From Chthoniobacteraceae bacterium (GTDB taxonomy: Bacteria > Verrucomicrobiota > Verrucomicrobiia > Chthoniobacterales > Chthoniobacteraceae), in the NCBI GenBank assembly GCA_037190965.1, contig JBBCKI010000073.1, forward strand, positions 1 through 40,053: 40,053 nucleotides of DNA, written 5' to 3'. Below the pieces are notes generated by a model. That model ran no database searches. It was not told where the DNA came from and saw only the letters and a list, made by a program, of their open reading frames with translations. The translations under genes were made by a program, and so were the position numbers. Shown in pieces: positions 35,755-40,053 of this stretch. Every line of letters begins with the position of its first letter. The stretch's first letter is position 1.

Positions 35755-37326
35755 ATGAAAAGCCCCAATCGCTTCGACCGGCGACGCCTGCGGCTCGATC
35801 ACGTTGTCCAGAGATTCTTTGGCGCCAACGCGCTGCTGGCGATCGTCGTGCTCGGGCTGATCACCCTCTTCCTCATCCGGGAGGGGGCGGGGTTCTTCCC
35901 GCAGAATCTGCAAAACCTTCGGGTCTATCGTCTCGCGGGGCTGGAGTATGTCGATCTTATGCGTTCCCAAGTGGACCGGCATACGGCCCTCAATCGTTCG
36001 CTGCAAGATCTGCGTCTGCGGCAGCTTCAAGCGCTCCTGGCTAAAAACCAGGATCTTGAAGCCGCCAATGCGCAGCTTGCGGCGTTCGATCAGTTTGCCG
36101 AGGCGTTTGACGGAACGATTGATGAACTACGGGGAATCGCCTCCGACCTGACCGACGTGGCTTCCACCACCAAGGAGAAGGTGAAAGAGCGGGAAAATGC
36201 TCTCGAAAAACGCCGCTTCCTCCAACGCGAAGGAAAAGCGGCAGAGGCCGCAGAAGTCCCCGTCGAGACGGTGGACTTTGCCCGCGAGGTGCTGCCGCTT
36301 CGCGAAACGCTTCCCACCTGGCGGCAGGCCAGCGCGACCTTCCGCACCGCGATCGCCGGGCTTCTGACTCACCCGCCCGCTCTGGCGAAAGGAAGCAGCC
36401 CGGAACTTCAGGATCGGTTGGAAAAGTTCAAGGAAGCGACCACCCACTATCTCGCCTCGTTCCCCGAGACGGAGCAGAAGCTGGAGCAGTGGAATCCCCT
36501 GGAACCGGTGCCGTGGTATCGGGCCGTGACTTCGTTCCTTTTCGGCAAGAGTTGGATCACCAATAGCTTTTGGCAGGATGTCTACGGCGTCATCCCGCTG
36601 CTGAGCGGCTCGCTGATGGTCTCAGCGATCGCGCTGTCCATCGCCGTGCCTTTCGGGGTGTGCGCCGCGATTTACGTCAACGAAATCGCGGGCGCCAAGG
36701 AACAGCACTTCATCAAGCCCGCCATCGAGTTCATCGCCGCCATTCCCTCGGTCGTCCTCGGGTTCTTCGGCATTGCGGTTCTCGGCGAAGCGCTCCGGGC
36801 CGCGACGCAATGGGAGGCGTTGAGCTGGATCAGTTTCTTCCCCATCGCCGAACGGCTCAACGCGTTTACCGCCGGATGCCTGCTCGCGTTCATGGCAGTT
36901 CCCACCATCTTCACGCTCGCCGAGGACGCCTTGAACAGCGTCCCCTCCGCTTTCAAAGAAGCCAGTTACGCGCTTGGCGCTTCCCGCCTTCAGACAGTCT
37001 TCCGCATCATTGTTCCCGCCGCGCTCTCCGGAATCATCTCGGCGGTGCTGCTCGGGTTCGGCCGGGTCATCGGCGAGACGATGGTGGTCCTGCTCTGCGC
37101 GGGCAATCGGATCGCGATCCCCGACTTCGCGAGCGGACTGGGCGCGGTCTTCGAACCGGTCCACACGATGACCGGCATCGTGGCCCAGGAAATGGGCGAG
37201 GTGGTGCGCGGCTCCATCCAATACCGCGCTCTCTTCATGGTGGGGCTTTTCCTCTTCCTTCTCTCGCTCATCATCAATTGGCTCGCGCAGGCCGCCGTGC
37301 GCCGCTTCAAGATTTCCATCGGCTAA
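35755..37326 (+). CDS. pstC: Phosphate ABC transporter permease PstC with large soluble insertion
   Basis: YGVIPLLSGSL, IEFIAAIPSVVLGFFG, KEASYALGA, GRVIGETMVV, TMTGIVAQEMGE; ~200-aa helical region after TM1. Confidence 0.94.
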   Translation: MKSPNRFDRRRLRLDHVVQRFFGANALLAIVVLGLITLFLIREGAGFFPQNLQNLRVYRLAGLEYVDLMRSQVDRHTALNRSLQDLRLRQLQALLAKNQDLEAANAQLAAFDQFAEAFDGTIDELRGIASDLTDVASTTKEKVKERENALEKRRFLQREGKAAEAAEVPVETVDFAREVLPLRETLPTWRQASATFRTAIAGLLTHPPALAKGSSPELQDRLEKFKEATTHYLASFPETEQKLEQWNPLEPVPWYRAVTSFLFGKSWITNSFWQDVYGVIPLLSGSLMVSAIALSIAVPFGVCAAIYVNEIAGAKEQHFIKPAIEFIAAIPSVVLGFFGIAVLGEALRAATQWEALSWISFFPIAERLNAFTAGCLLAFMAVPTIFTLAEDALNSVPSAFKEASYALGASRLQTVFRIIVPAALSGIISAVLLGFGRVIGETMVVLLCAGNRIAIPDFASGLGAVFEPVHTMTGIVAQEMGEVVRGSIQYRALFMVGLFLFLLSLIINWLAQAAVRRFKISIG

Positions 37327-37332
37327 CTCGTC

Positions 37333-38406
37333 ATGAATTCCGAACCTGCCAGTTTTGTTGTTACCGCCCCTCCCGACCGGGAGAACCCTTTTGAACACAA
37401 ACCTTCCCTCCGTCATTTCGTGGAGAAAGGACTGTTTAGCGTCATCCGGCTTGGCACTTACCTCATCCTCGCAGCCGCCGCTTTCATCTTTCTCCAGATC
37501 GGGATCAAAGGAGGACGCACGGTTTTCACTTCGCAGGCGCCATTCATTAACGTCGAATTCCTGACGCAGAAGCCCTCCACACTCTATGTTTTCGAGTGGG
37601 AGGGAAAAAAGATGGAGCTGGGCGACGAAGCCTTCCGCGCTTTCAAAAAAGAGAAAGGCGTGGAGGATATCTCCGCCTCGACCTATGCCTATTCAGCGGG
37701 CGGCATTTTCCCGTGCCTGGTCGGGACGGTGCTGCTGGTGATCGGCTCGATGACGGTGGCCCTGACGCTGGGCGTCTTCAGCGCCATTTATCTTAGCGAG
37801 TACAGCCGGCAGGGATGGGCAATCCGGTTGATCCGTCTGGCCATCATGAACCTCGCGGGTGTGCCTTCCATCGTCTTCGGCCTTTTCGGGGTGGGGCTTT
37901 TCGTGATCTTCCTGAAGTGGAACGTCTCGCTCATGGCGGGATGGTTTACCCTGGCGTTCATGGTGCTGCCGGTCATCATCACGGCGGCGGAAGAGGCGCT
38001 CAAGGCGGTGCCGCAAGGGTTGCGCGAGGCCTCGCTCGCGCTGGGGGCCACCAAATGGCAGACCATCCGCACCAGCGTGTTACCCTACGCGCTGCCGGGG
38101 ATTCTAACCTCCTCGATTCTCGGCATCGCCCGCGTCGCCGGGGAGACCGCGCCGATCATGTTCACGGCGGCCTATGTCGTGCGCGACGAGCTTCCGTGGC
38201 AGGTGAGCCGCTGGAGCGACTTCTTTTTCCAGGGGGTCATGGCGCTCCCGTATCACATCTACGTCGTCAGCTCGAAGATCCCGCAGAACGAATACACCGA
38301 ACGGGTCCAGTATGGCACCGCGTTTGTATTTCTCGCCGTGGTCATGCTGATTGCGCTCGGCTCGGTGATCCTCCGCATCCGCCTGCGAAGCAAGTTGAAA
38401 TGGTAG
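37333..38406 (+). CDS. pstA: Phosphate ABC transporter permease PstA
   Basis: [45 protein letters not shown]. Confidence 0.95.
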   Translation: MNSEPASFVVTAPPDRENPFEHKPSLRHFVEKGLFSVIRLGTYLILAAAAFIFLQIGIKGGRTVFTSQAPFINVEFLTQKPSTLYVFEWEGKKMELGDEAFRAFKKEKGVEDISASTYAYSAGGIFPCLVGTVLLVIGSMTVALTLGVFSAIYLSEYSRQGWAIRLIRLAIMNLAGVPSIVFGLFGVGLFVIFLKWNVSLMAGWFTLAFMVLPVIITAAEEALKAVPQGLREASLALGATKWQTIRTSVLPYALPGILTSSILGIARVAGETAPIMFTAAYVVRDELPWQVSRWSDFFFQGVMALPYHIYVVSSKIPQNEYTERVQYGTAFVFLAVVMLIALGSVILRIRLRSKLKW

Positions 38407-38417
38407 CTGGTTTCACA

Positions 38418-39269
38418 ATGACTACACGATTTATGGAAGAAAAGACTCAAGCCATACGCCCGGAACCGGCGCCAGCCGGCCCCCCTGCGGGAGCTGCCCG
38501 GACCGCGGCCTTGCCAGCCGCCATCGAAGTCGATGATTTCGACTTTTTCTACGGCTCCCACCAGGCGCTCCATGGCGTCAAGATGACGATGCCTTTCGGA
38601 AAGGTCACGGCGTTCATCGGCCCTTCGGGATGTGGCAAAAGCACGCTGTTGCGTTGCTTCAACCGGATGAACGATCTGGTCCCCTCCGCACGAATCAGCA
38701 AAGGGGCGATCCGCATTCACGGCGTCGACATCAACGGGCCGAACATCGACCCGATCGAACTTCGCAAGAAAGTCGGCATGGTCTTCCAGAAATCGAATCC
38801 ATTCCCGAAGTCGATCTACGAGAACGTGGTCTACGGGCTCAAGATCCAGGGAAAGACCAATCGCGCGCAGCTTGACGAAGTCGTGGAACGCTCCCTGCGG
38901 CAGGCCGCGTTATGGGACGAAGTGAAGGACCGCTTGCACCAGAGCGGCCTTTCGCTCTCCGGCGGCCAGCAGCAGAGACTATGCATCGCGCGGGCCATCG
39001 CCGTGGAACCGGAGATTCTCCTCATGGACGAACCGTGCTCTGCGCTCGACCCGATCGCCACCTCCAAGGTGGAAGAGTTGATCTTCGAATTGAAGAAGCA
39101 TTACACCATTGTCATTGTTACCCATAACATGCAGCAGGCGGGGCGCTGCTCCGACTATACGGGCTTCTTCTTCATGGGGCGGCTGATCGAACTCAACCGC
39201 ACGGAAAAGATTTTCACCAATCCTTCGGAAAAACAAACGGAAGACTATATTACCGGCCGCTTCGGTTGA
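38418..39269 (+). CDS. pstB: Phosphate ABC transporter ATPase PstB
   Basis: [58 protein letters not shown]; start ATG 38418 or 38433. Confidence 0.97.
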   Translation: MTTRFMEEKTQAIRPEPAPAGPPAGAARTAALPAAIEVDDFDFFYGSHQALHGVKMTMPFGKVTAFIGPSGCGKSTLLRCFNRMNDLVPSARISKGAIRIHGVDINGPNIDPIELRKKVGMVFQKSNPFPKSIYENVVYGLKIQGKTNRAQLDEVVERSLRQAALWDEVKDRLHQSGLSLSGGQQQRLCIARAIAVEPEILLMDEPCSALDPIATSKVEELIFELKKHYTIVIVTHNMQQAGRCSDYTGFFFMGRLIELNRTEKIFTNPSEKQTEDYITGRFG

Positions 39270-39285
39270 GCCCTGAATCCTGACT

Positions 39286-39957
39286 ATGAGCCATCCCTTT
39301 GAAGAACAGCTAACGGCGATCCGCGAGACTTTGCTGTTGATGTCGAGTCTCACCGACCGCAACCTGACCCTTTCCGTGCGCGCCCTGGTGGAACGGGACA
39401 ACAGCCTGGCCGATTCCGTTGAGACCGAAGACTCCACCATCGACCTGCTGGAGATCGAAGTTGACGAGAAGGTCATCACCTATATGGCGACCCACGGCCC
39501 CATTGCCCGCGACTCGCGGCTGATGCTCGCCGCCTCAAAGATCTCCACCAACCTGGAGCGGATCGCCGACCAGGCCACCACCATCGCGCGGCGCGCGCGG
39601 GCTCTCAATGCCGAGCCGCAGCTCGCCCCGCTGGTCGACATCCCGGAGATGGCCTCGCTGGCGCAGCGGATGCTGCACGACGCGATCACCGCCTTCGTGG
39701 AGGGAACCTACGAAGCGGCCCGTGACATCATTCCGCGCGACAAGGAGGTCGATGACCTCAACCGCCGGGTGGCGCTCGAGTTAACCGAGCTGATGATGCA
39801 AAACCCGGGGAATGTCACGCGCGCGGTGAATCTGATGACCATCGCCAAGGCCATCGAGCGCGCCGCCGATCATGCGCAGAATATCGCGGAGGAGGTTTAC
39901 TACCTCTACCGCGGGCTGGATATCCGGCACGAGCATGGGCGCGCGGCGGAGGGTTGA
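39286..39957 (+). CDS. phoU: Phosphate signalling complex protein PhoU
   Basis: Two PhoU repeats: D..ID..E, P.ARD.R, LERIADQA, D.EVD.L, IERAADHA.NIAE.V.Y. Confidence 0.96.
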   Translation: MSHPFEEQLTAIRETLLLMSSLTDRNLTLSVRALVERDNSLADSVETEDSTIDLLEIEVDEKVITYMATHGPIARDSRLMLAASKISTNLERIADQATTIARRARALNAEPQLAPLVDIPEMASLAQRMLHDAITAFVEGTYEAARDIIPRDKEVDDLNRRVALELTELMMQNPGNVTRAVNLMTIAKAIERAADHAQNIAEEVYYLYRGLDIRHEHGRAAEG

Positions 39958-40014
39958 GCCGCGACTGGCTGTGTTTACGAATTGAAAGAAGTGAGCCTTC
40001 GGCTGGAAGGAGTG

Positions 40015-40053
<39 letters not shown>

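Noticed and set aside
37815..38417. 200-aa N-terminal extension of PstB in the ORF track
   Set aside because: Overlaps pstA in another frame; the real start is after the pstA stop

Overview
GC-rich bacterial chromosome segment, most consistent with Verrucomicrobiota (Spartobacteria/Chthoniobacterales-like). This is inferred from the MurC-MurB fusion, the LysM gene between murD and ftsW, the divergent FtsZ and the insert-bearing PstC. Left to right: (1) an AraC-regulated DegT-aminotransferase/ThuA operon containing a 35-codon remnant of a deleted ceramidase-like gene, followed by a small AT-richer patch with a GNAT gene; (2) a complete minus-strand dcw cluster (mraZ-rsmH-ftsL-ftsI-murE-murF-mraY-murD-LysM-ftsW-murG-murC/murB-ddl-ftsQ-ftsA-ftsZ) with MraZ boxes and a 166-bp MITE-like palindrome between ftsQ and ftsA; (3) a fused ABC exporter and a GTAG-REP doublet; (4) an ABC-2 system split by a dksA-like-rpmG-rpsR unit whose three products all lack complete Zn sites; (5) an orphan cI/cro-like divergent HTH pair, a membrane-anchored unknown protein and a methyltransferase; (6) a Pho-box-preceded porin-pstSCAB-phoU operon carrying a second ~158-bp palindrome. 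The window ends in a poly-G run that is probably an artefact. No tRNA, rRNA, CRISPR array, integrase or transposase was seen. All family assignments come from motif recognition by eye, with no database searches.
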